This document shows positions 47,644 to 59,103 of a stretch of DNA of 64,000 nt, piece by piece; position 1 is the first letter of the stretch, and each line of letters starts with the position of its first letter. A program made the translations under genes and the position numbers. Source of the stretch: an uncultured Planctomycetota bacterium (lineage in GTDB: Bacteria > Planctomycetota > Planctomycetia > Isosphaerales > Isosphaeraceae). The DNA is taken from positions 352,001-416,000 of the forward strand of contig CAWJTV010000041.1 of NCBI GenBank assembly GCA_963845755.1, in the 5' to 3' direction. Under the pieces are notes generated by a model. It searched no databases, was not told where the DNA came from, and worked only from the letters and a program-made list of their open reading frames with translations.

Positions 47644-49097
47644 CTAGCCGTCCACCCGGACGATGAGCTTGCCGAAGTTGTGCCCCTCGAGCATTCCGAT
47701 GAAGGCCTCCGGCGCCTTCTCCAGCCCATCGACGAAGTCCTCGCGATACCGGATGCGGCCATCGGCGATGCCGGCACCGACCTCCCGCAGGAAGGCGGCA
47801 TAGTGCTCCGCGGCAAACTCGTAGTTGATGAAGCCGCGCACCGTCAGGCTCTTGAACAGGATCTCGCGCATGGTGGCGGGCAGCCGGTCGGGGCCGTCGC
47901 CCTGGCCGGCGGCGTTGTACTGGGCGACCAGGCCGGAGACCGGGACGCGCGCGAACTGGTTGAGCAGCGGCAGCACCGCCTGCCAGACTGCCCCGCCGAC
48001 GTTCTCGAAGTAGACATCGATGCCGTCTGGGCAGGCCGCCGCTAGCTGCGCGGCGAAGTCGGCGGCCCTGTGATCGACGGCCGCGTCGAACCCGAGCTCG
48101 CCCTTCACGTATGCGCACTTCTCGGGGCCGCCTGCGATGCCGACCGCCCGGGCGCCGGCGAGCTTGGCAAGCTGGCCGACCAGGGACCCGACCGGCCCGC
48201 TCGCCGCCGCGACGACGACGGTTTCGCCGGACTTGGGTTTCCCAATCACATACAGGCCGGCGTAAGCGGTGAAGCCGGGCATCCCCAGGACGCCGAGCCC
48301 CGTCGTCAGCGGGGCCACGGCCGGGTCGAGCTTGCGCAGGTCGGCACGGTCCGAAAGCGCGTGCGTGCACCACCCGGTCGGGGCCAGCACGATGTCGCCT
48401 TCCGTGTAGCCGGGGTCGTGCGAGGCGACCACCGTGGCAACGGATTCGCCGGGCATGACGCTGCCGAGCGGGGCCGGGGGCGCGTACGATTCGCGGTCGT
48501 CCATCCGGCCGCGCATGTAAGGGTCGAGCGAGAGATACTGCACCCGGAGCAGGACCTGCCCGGGACCCGGCGTCGGGATCGCGGTTTCTTCGAGGCGGAA
48601 GTCGGTCGGCCGGGGCTTCCCCTGCGGCCGGGCGGCTAGCCTGGATTCCCATGGAGGCAAAAACGGGGTAGGCTACGACGCAATCCATAAACGAAGCAAA
48701 ATTCGTCGAAGTGGGTTTTCCCCTGGATTTCAAGTGGTTCTGGCTTGAAACGGCTCATCGAAACGCCTCTCTCGATGTTAGGTGATCCGTAAACTGAAAA
48801 AAGAGCATCCACGGTGTCAACTCAATGCATCCACTGTGGTGAATTCGATAGATTTGTCGCAAGAACCCCTTGTTTTCCAGGAGGAAGTGAGATTCGATCG
48901 ACGAACATATCATCCATGGTGATCAAGTTAACTTAGTGGGAGACCCACCTTTAACTCTTGGAGGAGCATAACCAGTTCCGAGGCGAAAAGCTGAGTATCG
49001 CGGGCTTTTTTCCAATCATGCGGCAACAAATGTTAGCCCAATCTGCCTCCATGGGAATCCAGGCTAGGACGATCTGGCGAGCTTTGGCTGCGGACAT
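47644..49097 (-). pseudogene. NADP-dependent oxidoreductase (CurA/YncB/PTGR-like) interrupted at codon 11-12 by a MITE
   Basis: MSAAKARQIVL (49097-49065) rejoins AARPQGK..YLSLDPYMRGRM..GMPGFTAY..YFENVGG once 48640-49067 is removed. Confidence 0.88.
48640..49063. mobile_element. 424-bp non-autonomous element (MITE / internally deleted IS), possibly IS1380-like ends
   Basis: Perfect 20-bp TIR CCTGGATTCCCATGGAGGCA (48640-48659, 49044-49063); CTAG on both flanks; AT-richer interior, no transposase. Confidence 0.92.
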
Positions 49098-49170
49098 GTC
49101 ATGTGCCTCCATCAAGGATGGTGAGCGTCCGGTTTCCGCCGACCGCTCCACCGAGAGCGGATGATCGGTA

Positions 49171-50006
49171 TCAGGCGCTCAAGAACAGCTTGGCGTGCTT
49201 CAAGAAGACCTCCGCATGTTGGTACTGAGCGCCGTGGTTTGAGTCGGGATACATGATGAGCTGCGCATTCGGTAAATGCTCTGTTAGGATGAATGCGTTG
49301 ATCGGGAGCACCACGATGTCTTTGGTGCCGTGCACGACGAGGGTCGGGTGCTTGATGTTTGTTAGCGTGGCGTACCGATTACTCGACGGCACCGCCCCCC
49401 ATTCGCGAATTGCATGCAGTTGCGCTCGGCCGTCCTCGGCGAGACGGGCCGGTCGCGGTCGGTGGTCCGCGCCGCCAATCGGTCCAGGTACGCTCGTCCG
49501 GCCGCTTGACTCGCAGCAGTGGGGGCGAAAAACGCGGCGAGCAAGAATTGGGCCGGGTCCGCCCGTTCCTCGGACGACAATTCCGTGAACGTCATACCCT
49601 CGCCGCCCCGCGGACCCGTCCCGAGGAGAATGATCTTGTTCACGCGGTCGGAATTGTCGAGCGCAAGCTGCTGGGCGATCATGCCACCCAGAGAAAAGCC
49701 GACGGCGTTAAACTTCATCAACCCAAGGGCGTTGCAGAACGCCACGGCGTGGCGCGCCATCTCAGAAACGGTTCCCGGCGTTTCGCCCCCGGAGCTCGCG
49801 ACCCCGGCGTTGTTGAAGAGGATGACGTCGTGATCGGCGGCGAAGCCGCCAGTGACCAGCGGGTCCCAGTCATCCAGGCTGCCTCCGAAGTAGTTCAGGA
49901 AGACGAGTGGGAGACCGCCCGGCTTTCCCCAGCGACGGTAAGCAAAGCGGATGCCGTCCGCCTCAACAAACCGCGTGGGCACGGTTAGCGCCGTCTGGGT
50001 ACTCAC
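49171..50006 (-). CDS. Alpha/beta hydrolase (indel ~49420)
   Basis: RFAYRRWG, GFSLGG nucleophile elbow, HGTKD, YPDSNHG. Confidence 0.85.
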
Positions 50007-50088
50007 TGTCTGATCTCCCCCTCCGCCAGCCAGTAAAGCGGTTGTGAACTTTCCAGCCTCGATATCTAGCGCGCGGACCCCCAAGCGA

Positions 50089-50804
50089 TCAGTCCGCGAA
50101 CGGAGACGCATTCATCAAGTCGCAGAAATTGGGGGCCTTGTAACCGGCGACATGCCGCTCCCCAATCCCGGCCAGGAAGTTTCCGGCCGCCGTCTCCGGC
50201 TTTCGGACCACAATCTCGGCCATCACCTTTTGGTATGCCTTCTTGAAGCCCGGACGAGGGAACACCGCGATCACTTGCGCGACCGCCTCCCTGGGGAGCT
50301 GGTCAATGCCGAAGCCAACAACATCCGCCGCCGCTCCGTGCTGACCAGGGCGATTTCCGGACGCTTGCGCTGGACGATTCCGCCTGAAGTGTGCAGCGCG
50401 ACCGCGTCCCAGACGATCTCGATCGACTCCTTCGGGACGCCCTTGTCCTGGAGGAACTCGGCCGCTGCGTCGGCCCCGTCCACCTCGAACCGCTGCTTGC
50501 CCATGAACCGCTCGGTCTGGCCGAGGTCGTGGAACACGGCCCCAAGGTAGAACAGTTCGCCGTCAAACTTCAGATTCATCGCCCGACCCAGGAGCGCCCC
50601 GAACACGTATGTCCGCAAGACGTGGTTGAACACGACCGGCGCGGACAGCTCGCGGACGTAGTCCGTCGCGTCCCGGGCCAGCTTGCTGTCCGGCCACTCG
50701 ACCCCCGCCACTTCCCTGGGAATGGGCCACGCCTCCGGGACCGCCTGGAGGACATCGCTCCACCCCGCCCCCTGAGTAACGGCCCCATCTTCTCTCGTCG
50801 CCAT
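50089..50804 (-). CDS. HD-domain protein, cyanamide-hydratase-like subfamily (indel ~50335)
   Basis: VFNHVLRTY, VFHDLG, RFEVDGADAA, WDAVALHT. Confidence 0.8.
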
Positions 50805-50963
50805 GGTCGGCCCTCGATGGTTGGAAACGGTATTTTTCGAACCTCATCGGATGGTGCTTCGGCAGTCCTGTGCCGGGCAGCGAAATCGGGCATGGTCGCC
50901 GTGCCCTCCGGCGAGCCAACCGGGCGGCCGGAGAGGCTCATCTTGGCTATCCGGTTTGAAGGT

Positions 50964-52343
50964 TCAGTACTCAAACCACATCTTCAACGCCTCGTTTTTC
51001 TCCGGGGTGTATGGTGGGAAGAGATGATCGATGGCCACATCGGGCGGAGAGATGAGCATCGACTTGGCATGGGTCAGCATGTCGAAGCCGTACTTCCCGT
51101 AGTAGTGCCCCATTCCCGCCGGGCCCACTCCCCCAAATGGCATCGTCTCGACGAACAGGTGGACGTTCACCAGGTTGACCGCGCCGCCGCCGAACGAGAG
51201 TTCGCCGACGAACCGATCAATCGCGCTCTGGTTGCGGCTAAAGATAAAGGCCGCCAGTGGGTGCGGGGCCGCCGCAATTCTGCTGAACGCCTCATCGAGC
51301 GTTCGGTACGTCAGAACAGGCAGGATCGGCCCGAACACCTCATCGTCCATGATCCGGTCGTCCCAGCCAACCGGATAGACGATCGTCGGGTCAAGGTACC
51401 GGTCCTCCGGGTCAGACCGGCCGCCGATGACCACCTTCGCCGGATCGATCAGGGCAGCGAGGCGCGAGACTTCGCGAGCGTTGATGACGCGCGAGTAGTC
51501 CGGGTTGGACTTGGGATCGGCACCGAACAGGGCGTTCGTGGACGCCTTCGCTTGCTCAACAAACGCATCCGCCACGGACTCGTGCACGTACGCATAGCCG
51601 GGCGACGTGCACCATTGCCCACCCCATGCCATCTTGCCCCAAACGATCTTCTTGGCTGCGTCCGGGATGTTGGCGGTTTCATCAACGAGCGCGGGGTTTT
51701 GACCGCCGAGTTCGAGCAGGACCGGCGTCAGATTCTCGGCCGCGGCCCTTGCGATTACCTTTCCAGTACTCGTGCTGCCGGTGAAGAAAATGAAATCGAA
51801 CGGAAGCTTGAGAAGCTCCGTAATCTCTTCGCGATGGCCTGTCACCGCCGCAACGGCGTCCGGTTCGAAATATTTCGGCACCAGATCGAGCAATAATGCG
51901 GACGTTGAATAAAGCTTCTCGCTTAGCTTGAGCACGCAGCAGTTGCCCGCCGCGAGCGCCGCAATCGCAGGACGGAGCAGTAACAGGAGTGGGCCGTTGA
52001 AGGGGCCGATGATCAGCGCCACGCCGTACGGATCGCGGTAGACGATGCCGCGATGACCGGTGGCCGCGAGCGCCCGCGGCACGGGCGCCTCGGTCGGCGC
52101 CATCCAGTCCTTGAGCTGGCTCTTCTGGAACTCGACCTCGCCGAGGCATGCGAGCGTCTCGAAGACCTGCTCCTGGCTGGCCGTCTTGAAGTCCTGCGCG
52201 GTCGCGCGCTGGAGTGCCAACTCGTTCTCCCCGACGAGCCTGGCCATGCAGTCGAGTTGTTCGATTCGCCACGCGTAGCTCCGCGTCATGCCTGTCGCGA
52301 AGGTTCGCTTCTGGCTCTCGAATAGATTCAGGAACGGATTCAT
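50964..52343 (-). CDS. Aldehyde dehydrogenase (ALDH3-like)
   Basis: FFTGST, LLELGGQNP, GQWCTSP, DEVFGP, PFGGVG. Confidence 0.92.
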   Translation of the reverse strand: MNPFLNLFESQKRTFATGMTRSYAWRIEQLDCMARLVGENELALQRATAQDFKTASQEQVFETLACLGEVEFQKSQLKDWMAPTEAPVPRALAATGHRGIVYRDPYGVALIIGPFNGPLLLLLRPAIAALAAGNCCVLKLSEKLYSTSALLLDLVPKYFEPDAVAAVTGHREEITELLKLPFDFIFFTGSTSTGKVIARAAAENLTPVLLELGGQNPALVDETANIPDAAKKIVWGKMAWGGQWCTSPGYAYVHESVADAFVEQAKASTNALFGADPKSNPDYSRVINAREVSRLAALIDPAKVVIGGRSDPEDRYLDPTIVYPVGWDDRIMDDEVFGPILPVLTYRTLDEAFSRIAAAPHPLAAFIFSRNQSAIDRFVGELSFGGGAVNLVNVHLFVETMPFGGVGPAGMGHYYGKYGFDMLTHAKSMLISPPDVAIDHLFPPYTPEKNEALKMWFEY

Positions 52344-52464
52344 GTTCGTGGCTCCTCAAGTTGGCGGCTTACGTTCGAATGGCGGCCCGGTCAACGGCAT
52401 CGATTCCTCGATACGCCTCCCGGCGGTCGGCTCACTCGGACCCCGTCCACCGGTCCGCCTTTTT

Positions 52465-53487
52465 TCACTGGCCCGTAACCAGGACCATCCGGAATCGGGC
52501 CTCGTTCCTGATCATCTTGCCGTACGCCTCGGCGGCGGCCTCGAGCGGCAGCGTCTCGATCTTCGGGCGGATCCCTTCCAGCGCGCTGAAGGCGAGGGTG
52601 TCTTCGCTATCGAGCGGCGATCCCGTCAGGGATCCCTCGATGGTGCGGGTGCCGAAGACCAGTTGAAACGGGGTCACTTCGATGGGGTCCAGGCCGACGC
52701 CGACGACGATCAAGCGGCCCCGCGCCCGAAGGCCCCCGATCAGGGGCGACATGGCCTTACCGCTCGCTGCAGTGGCCAGGATGACGCTGGCCCCGCCGAG
52801 CGCCTGCAGGGCGGCGGCCGGATCCTCGGACTGGCTGTCGATATAATGGTGGGCTCCCAGGTGGCGGGCGAGCGCCTGCTTCTCCTCGCCGCGGGCGATG
52901 GCCGCGACGCGAAAGCCCATATGGTGCGCGAACTGGACGGCCAGGTGTCCGAGGCCGCCGATGCCCTGGACCGCCACGAGGTCGCCGGGACGGGCGGGCG
53001 AGTTCCTCAGCGCGTTGAACGTCGTCAACCCGGCGCACAGCAGGGGCGCCGCGTCGGCCGGCGTCAGCTCGGCGGGGACCGCTGCCAGGGCCCGCTCGTC
53101 GGCGATCATCACCTCGGCGTAGCCCCCGTCGTCGGCGACCCCGGAAACCGGCTGGTTCTGGCAGTTCACGAGGTCACCCGCTCGGCAGGGCGTGCAGCGG
53201 CCGCAATGGCCGCCGAGGAAGCCGACCCCCACCCGCTGGCCGAGCGTCCAGGCCGACACACCATCGCCGAGGGCGTCGATCCTGCCGACCACTTCATGTC
53301 CCGGGACGCGGGGGTAGCGGATGTCGGGAGCGAGGCCCTCGACGGTGAGGGCGTCCGAATGACAGACGCCGCACGCCTCGACGCGAATCCGGACCTTCCC
53401 CGGCGGGGGCGCCGTCAGTTCCCGCTGCACCACTTCCATACGACCGGGCTTGCTCACCTGAACGGCGCGATAGGTCGTCGTTGTCAT
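52465..53487 (-). CDS. Zn-dependent alcohol dehydrogenase
   Basis: CGVCHSD, GHEVVG, CGRCTPC, GIGGLGH. Confidence 0.92.
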   Translation of the reverse strand: MTTTTYRAVQVSKPGRMEVVQRELTAPPPGKVRIRVEACGVCHSDALTVEGLAPDIRYPRVPGHEVVGRIDALGDGVSAWTLGQRVGVGFLGGHCGRCTPCRAGDLVNCQNQPVSGVADDGGYAEVMIADERALAAVPAELTPADAAPLLCAGLTTFNALRNSPARPGDLVAVQGIGGLGHLAVQFAHHMGFRVAAIARGEEKQALARHLGAHHYIDSQSEDPAAALQALGGASVILATAASGKAMSPLIGGLRARGRLIVVGVGLDPIEVTPFQLVFGTRTIEGSLTGSPLDSEDTLAFSALEGIRPKIETLPLEAAAEAYGKMIRNEARFRMVLVTGQ

Positions 53488-53669
53488 CGTCGGCTCCTTC
53501 GTCTTGAGAATGCGCTTCCGCCCTCGGTTCGGTCGTGCCAAACATAAAATATGCATGCTGATGTTTTTAGGAAAAAAATTCACGTTGTGTCGGCAAGCCG
53601 GGCGATTCCGGCGTGTTCCTCGGGGATGCGCCGGACCTTCCGGATCACCGTGGGATGGTTCAAATCCTC

Positions 53670-53750
53670 CCCGACTTACTGAGCGTGGCAAAGGCGACAT
53701 GGCACCTGGTATCGCAGCGTCCGACGAAGGCCACCCTCGACTCCGGCGCG
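53670..53750. repeat. 81-bp direct repeat, copy B
   Basis: 75/81 identical to 47546-47626. Confidence 0.9.
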
Positions 53751-54026
53751 GGCGCGGCGTGGGTCGTGCCCAGCGCCGGCGGGTGGGCGGCCGATCGTCG
53801 TCACCCTGGAGTCCGGCCTCTCCCTCGCCGACCCGCGATCCCCGGATGGCCCAGGGGCTCGGCATCGCGCCGAGCGGACCCCGTCTCGCTCGGTGAGCAT
53901 TGGCGCGTGGTCCGTTCGCCTGATCTGGCGGTCACACCTCGGACGTCCCGTTGAGAGATGATCGCCCCCACGGGCGGGTCGGCTCTTGGCCCGTGACGAT
54001 CACCATGCGAAAACGGGCCTTATTGC

Positions 54027-57000
54027 TCAGTGTCCCCTGTTAGCGCCGGCCGCGCTTTCGAGAGGCCACCGATCAGATCCGACATCGACTTGTCGCCGCG
54101 GTCGCCCTGCGCCATTTGATTTCGCGGGATTATTTCTGACGCCTGCGCGCTGGATCAGGGCGTCGATCTCCTTCCACATTTCGCGGCAAACCCGACTTTC
54201 GGCGACGGGGAGTCTGTCCAGGAAATCGGGGTCGCGCAGCCCGGCCAGGTCGGGGTCGGTCCGCCACCGCTTCATCGCCTTCTCTACCGATGCCTTGGCG
54301 GCAGGATCGGAATCCAGCTTCTTGCCCCACGCGGCCAGTTCGGCCCGCAGCCACTGGCGAGCCTGACCGCGCAGGCGCGCGCGCTCCTCGTCGTCGAGGT
54401 TCGACACGTCCTTGCCGCGCCCGCAACCCGCCGCTGCCGCCATGCACGCCGCGTGATACCTCCGGGAGCGCTCAGGGTCATTCGCCAGCGATGGCTCGGC
54501 GGCAAAGGCATCCGCGTAGAGTCGGGCCGTAGCGCATGTCAGGCTATTGAACTCGGCGGCCCCGACGAAAGCGAGCCGCTCGCACTGGTCGGCCGGCTGA
54601 TAGGTCCCCTCGAGGAAGGCCGGCAGCTTGGGAAACAGCATCGCTTCGGCCTCACGGCGGAGCACGTGGTAGATCCAGATCTCCCGCACCTCCGCGCTCG
54701 CCGCTCGCCAATCGTGATCAATGACGGCCGAAGCCAGCGTCCGTCGCGCCTCCTCGCGTTCACCGCTCCGATATCGCGCCATCGCCAGGACGATCCTCGG
54801 GGCCGGGCCCATCACGTGGGAGGCTTCGCCTTCGAGGATGGCGATGGCACTGCGGAGGCTGTTCCGGCGATACTCGGCGAGCCCCTTGGCAAACAGGAAA
54901 AACGGAGTCGCCCACGCCGGGTACCGCGACTTGTCGGCGGCCAGGGCACGATCGATCAGATCGACGGCCCGCTGCATCTGGTGCGGCGTTTCGGGTAAGA
55001 GCAGACAGGCGCGCCCGGTTCGCTCGCAGACCTGCGGGTCAGTGCTCGACCCGAACCGGGTCAAGAGCTCCCGACATCCGCGGTGGTACTCCGCCACGTC
55101 CCCGAGAAATAGACAGAATTCGGCGTATCCATACCAATCCTCATGCTCCTTCGCATGCCGGTCCAGGAAGTGTCGCCACTCTACACGCGCTTCCTCTCGC
55201 CGGCCCTGGCGAAGCAGGATGTCGCGCAACGTGATTCGGGCGCCAGCATCGCTCGGGTCGAGGGCCACAGATTTCCTTAAGCAATCGACTGCCTCATCGG
55301 TTCGACCTTTCTCGAGCAAGGCCGAGCCGAGGTCATTCCAGCTCAATGCATGGTTGGGGTCGAACCTTACGGCTCGCCTCCAATGATGGATCGCGTTGTC
55401 GAGCTGTCCCAGCTTCCTGAGCTCGTAGCCGAGGTAGGCTTCCACGATCGCAGCATCCGATCGCAGCGCCTGGGCGGCCCGGAAATAACCGATCGCCACA
55501 GCAGGATCACGCTCGCCGAACAGGTGACCCAGCTCGAAATTCACCCAGAAATCGTCGGGATGCTGACGTTGCACCCTCTCCAGGAACGCGGTCGGATCGC
55601 CACCGAGGCGACGCCAGTAGTTTCCGAATGCGACCATCAGAGCGACCGGCTGTTCCTCAACGCTGGCCGTGTCGGCCAGCTCGGGGAAACTCTCCACCCT
55701 CGCCCACCTGTCGGGATCGCGGGCGCGATCGCGCCAGGGGTTCGGATCCATGCGTCGCGCAACGCGAAGGACCCAGTCTCGCAGCTCCTTGGCCGCACAA
55801 GCCGCCCAATCGTCCAATGCGGCGACAAGCGCCTTGTGAATCGGCGACGCTTTCAGTCGCGCGGCCACGCGATCCGGGTCTTCCCGCAGGTCTCCCAGGC
55901 CCCACTCGCGGAATGCCACGACGTAACGACGGCTCGACTCAGCGTAGTCGATGTAATCGCTTTGTACCTGGTATCCGCGGCTCAGGCGAATGGCATCCAG
56001 TCTTTCGACCAGGTGCAAATTGGCGCGTGCTTGCTCGATTTGCTTACGAAGGTGGGCGGTGCCGACATCGGGTTGCTGCAATATGCCGTGCGCTTCATCG
56101 AAGTGACCCTGTTCTTGTAGCTCCGTCACCCGCGCCAGCGCTCGGACCACTGCTCCGACTCAGCCCCCCGCCTCACCGCCAATTCCCACTCGCGTAGGCC
56201 GGCGGCGCCGGCCAGGCCGAGCAGGAGCGCCGCGGTGACGATCAGGGCTGTCGCCGTCGGGTTCCGCCGCATCCAGCGGAGGACACGCTCTAGTCGCCCG
56301 ACTGGTCGGGCCGCGATCGGCTGGTCCCGAAGGAACCGATTCAGATCATCCGCCATGTCGGCAGCGGTAGCGTATCGCCGGCGCGGGTCCTTGTGAAGAC
56401 ACTTCAGGCAGATGGTCTCCAGGTCGCGCGGTACATGGGTGTTCAACCGCGAAGGCGGTACGGGCTCTTCGGACAGGATCAGTTGGAGGGTGGCCGCCGC
56501 CGACTCCGAACGGAACGGCGGACGGCCCGTGAGGAGTTCGTAAAGGATGGCTCCGAGTGCGTACACGTCCGCGGCCGGCCCCGTCTCGCGGGACTTGCCT
56601 TGGGCCTGTTCGGGGGCCATATAGCTCGGCGTCCCCAGTGGGGTCCCGCTCTGAGTCAGGGCGGGCCCGATTCCCAGGTGCCGAGCCAGGCCGAAGTCGC
56701 TGATCTTGGGGGTGTCGTTGGCGGTGAGCAGGACGTTGGAGGGCTTCAAGTCGCGGTGGACGATCCCGGCCCGATGCGCCGCGTCGATGGCTTCGGCCAG
56801 CACGGCCAACAGTGCGGCGGCCTTGCGGGCCGGCAGGGGCTTGCCGGCCAGCTTCCGGTCCAGGCTGCCTCCCTCGACGAACTCCATCGTGAAGTACGGC
56901 CGGTCATCGAGATCGCCCACGTCATAGACTTGCACGATGTTCGGATGGCGCAACTCCGCCACCAACTCGGCTTCCCGCGAGAGGCGCTGGCGATCCGTCC

Positions 57001-57355
57001 GGCTGGCCCACGCACCCGCGAGCAACATCTTGAGGGCGACCGGTCGATTCAGCCGCAGGTGCCGGGCCTTGTAGACGACACCGACGCCGCCTCGGCCGAG
57101 CTCCTCCGTGACGTCATAGCCAGGGACCTGCGGGAGGCCCTCCGGAAACAACGGCATTCTCTCGTCGAAATCGGCCGCCCCCGCCTCCGGGAACATCGCA
57201 CTGACCTGGGCCTGCATCGCCTGGACTTTCCGAAGCCCCTCGCGGACCTGGGTCAGCAACTCGGGCGAAGCATGGCACACCTCCTCGGCGGATCGCCCGG
57301 AGTCGAGCACCTCTTCGATCAGCTCCTGCACGCGTGGATCGAAGGACATCCCCAT
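54027..57355 (-). CDS. Ser/Thr protein kinase with TPRs, paralog of 22277..25506 (indel ~56140)
   Basis: GRGGVGVV, HRDLKPSN, DFG, GTPSYMAPE; shared WYGYAE(L/F)CLFLG and DLA(W/G)LR(E/D)P. Confidence 0.9.
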
Positions 57356-57370
57356 GCCCCTACCCGACGT

Positions 57371-57986
57371 CTATGGACTCGGCATCTCACCGACGGGCCG
57401 AAGGTCATCCAGTTGCTGGGTCAGGAACAGCACGCTCCGGTTCAGCCGTCGCTGCACCGTCCGGATGGTGACGCCCAGGATCTCGGCGGCCTCGGATTGG
57501 GTCAGCCCCTGGATGCGGACCAGGTCGAAGGTTTCCCGCTCGTCTGCCGGGAGCGCATCGATGGCCTGGAGCATACGGAGGCCGTCCGGGGTGAGCCCGG
57601 AGCCACTGGTGACCGGCGACGCCACCAACCCTTCGCGCAGATCCACCGCGGCCGGCTGATTCATCTAAGCGTCGGGCCACGTCATTGAGCTCCCAGCGCA
57701 TGTGCTGATTGGCCAGCGCGAAGAGCTGGCGCACGGTCCGGGGGCGGGCGTCGCGCACCGCCTTCAGAAGCCGCTCCACCACGGCGCCGAGCAGTTCGTC
57801 GGCCTGCAAGTTCAACGGCGGTTGCGTCAGGCGCGGATAACTTTTGTACAGCAGGGTGGCGCAAAGGACGTGCAGGCGGCGAACGGCCCGGTCCAGCAAG
57901 GCCCGGATGATCGGCTCGGCGGGCGAATCTCCGCCCAGCTCGTCCAGGTAGCGCTGGATCACGACGGTAGTGTGTGCTTCAGTCAT
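57371..57986 (-). CDS. ECF sigma-70 factor, paralog of 25560..26177 (indel ~57665)
   Basis: QRYLDEL..NLQADELLGAVVERLLKA..HMRWELND; region 4 in ORF 57371..57664. Confidence 0.88.
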
Positions 57987-58208
57987 CGCGCAGGCCCAGG
58001 CTCGGAGGGCGCTTGAAACCGGCGCAATTCTAGCAGATGTCATGGATCACATGCAGGCCGGCCCGTGAGCACAAGACGAACTGGCCAGCTCCGCCCGGCA
58101 AGTCGTTCCGTCCCCCCTTTTCACCTCCGCTTGTCCCTGACTCCTTCCCAGTGTCCTTCGGAAGAGTAGCCGACGTGTCGGAATCGGGGAGAACGTTGAT
58201 GTGCGGCT

Positions 58209-58931
58209 TCACCGGCCGCGCTCGACCTTGATGTTCTCCAGTCGGAGCACGCTCTCGACCGGTGCGCTGCCCTCGGTGCGGTGCATGTGGTACCCGCTCG
58301 GGAGCCAGACGCCGTCGACCTCGTGCCAGGTCTCGACGGTCGTGCCGGTCTGCTCGGGTCCGCCGGACTTGATCCGGAACGCGTATTCGCGGGGCAGCGT
58401 CTTGCCGCTCTCGGCCACCCAGACGACCTGGCGGACGCTGACCTCGCTCGACATCTCGCCGTGGCCGCCGTGGTTCTCGATGATGTGGCCGTCCTTGACG
58501 GTGAAGTCCTTGAAGAAACCGTGGCCCGTGAGCTTGATCTTGGTGCCGCCGCGCGACGCCTCGCCCTCGATCGCGAACGTGCAGCCGCCGAAGGCCGTGT
58601 CGAAACGGGAGGCGCGGCTGTGCGTCACCGTGCTGGCGATCGTCGACTGCACCAGCTTCTTCACTCCCTCGTCGTCGCACGTCACCTCGACGCCGCCGTG
58701 GGGCTTGGTCGCGTCGGCGCGGACAGTCCCCCGGACGGTCCGGCCCTCGCGCCGACACGAGAAGTCGGCCGAGAAGCCCTTGAAGTCCTCGGACCATCGG
58801 TAGCGGCGATTGAACGCGTCTTCCATCAGCTTGCGCGCGCGGGGCTCGTCGCCCTCGCCGGCCCGCGCGGCTGATGCCAGCGCCAGGATCGCCAGACCGG
58901 CCATCGCCAGCAGTCCTCGAGCAAGTCTCAT
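58209..58931 (-). CDS. Secreted DUF3386-like protein
   Basis: Signal peptide then ARKLMEDAFNRRYRWSEDFKGFSAD. Confidence 0.7.
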   Translation of the reverse strand: MRLARGLLAMAGLAILALASAARAGEGDEPRARKLMEDAFNRRYRWSEDFKGFSADFSCRREGRTVRGTVRADATKPHGGVEVTCDDEGVKKLVQSTIASTVTHSRASRFDTAFGGCTFAIEGEASRGGTKIKLTGHGFFKDFTVKDGHIIENHGGHGEMSSEVSVRQVVWVAESGKTLPREYAFRIKSGGPEQTGTTVETWHEVDGVWLPSGYHMHRTEGSAPVESVLRLENIKVERGR

Positions 58932-59103
58932 CGCGGAATCTCCCGGCTCCGATGCGGCCGGGGCGGCCGCCGACCGGCCGTGGACCGTCCGCGGTGGTCG
59001 GCTCCGCCCCCTCGATGGGGCCGCGGGATCGTTCGAGCCTCCCCAGCGTAGGCTCGGCCATGTTCGTGGGTCAAATAGAAAAACTGGAACCGCAGGGGTC
59101 GCG

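Noticed and set aside
53700..53716. Sigma-54 promoter TGGCACCTGGTATCGC
   Set aside because: GG-to-GC spacing is one base too long, and it points away from the operon
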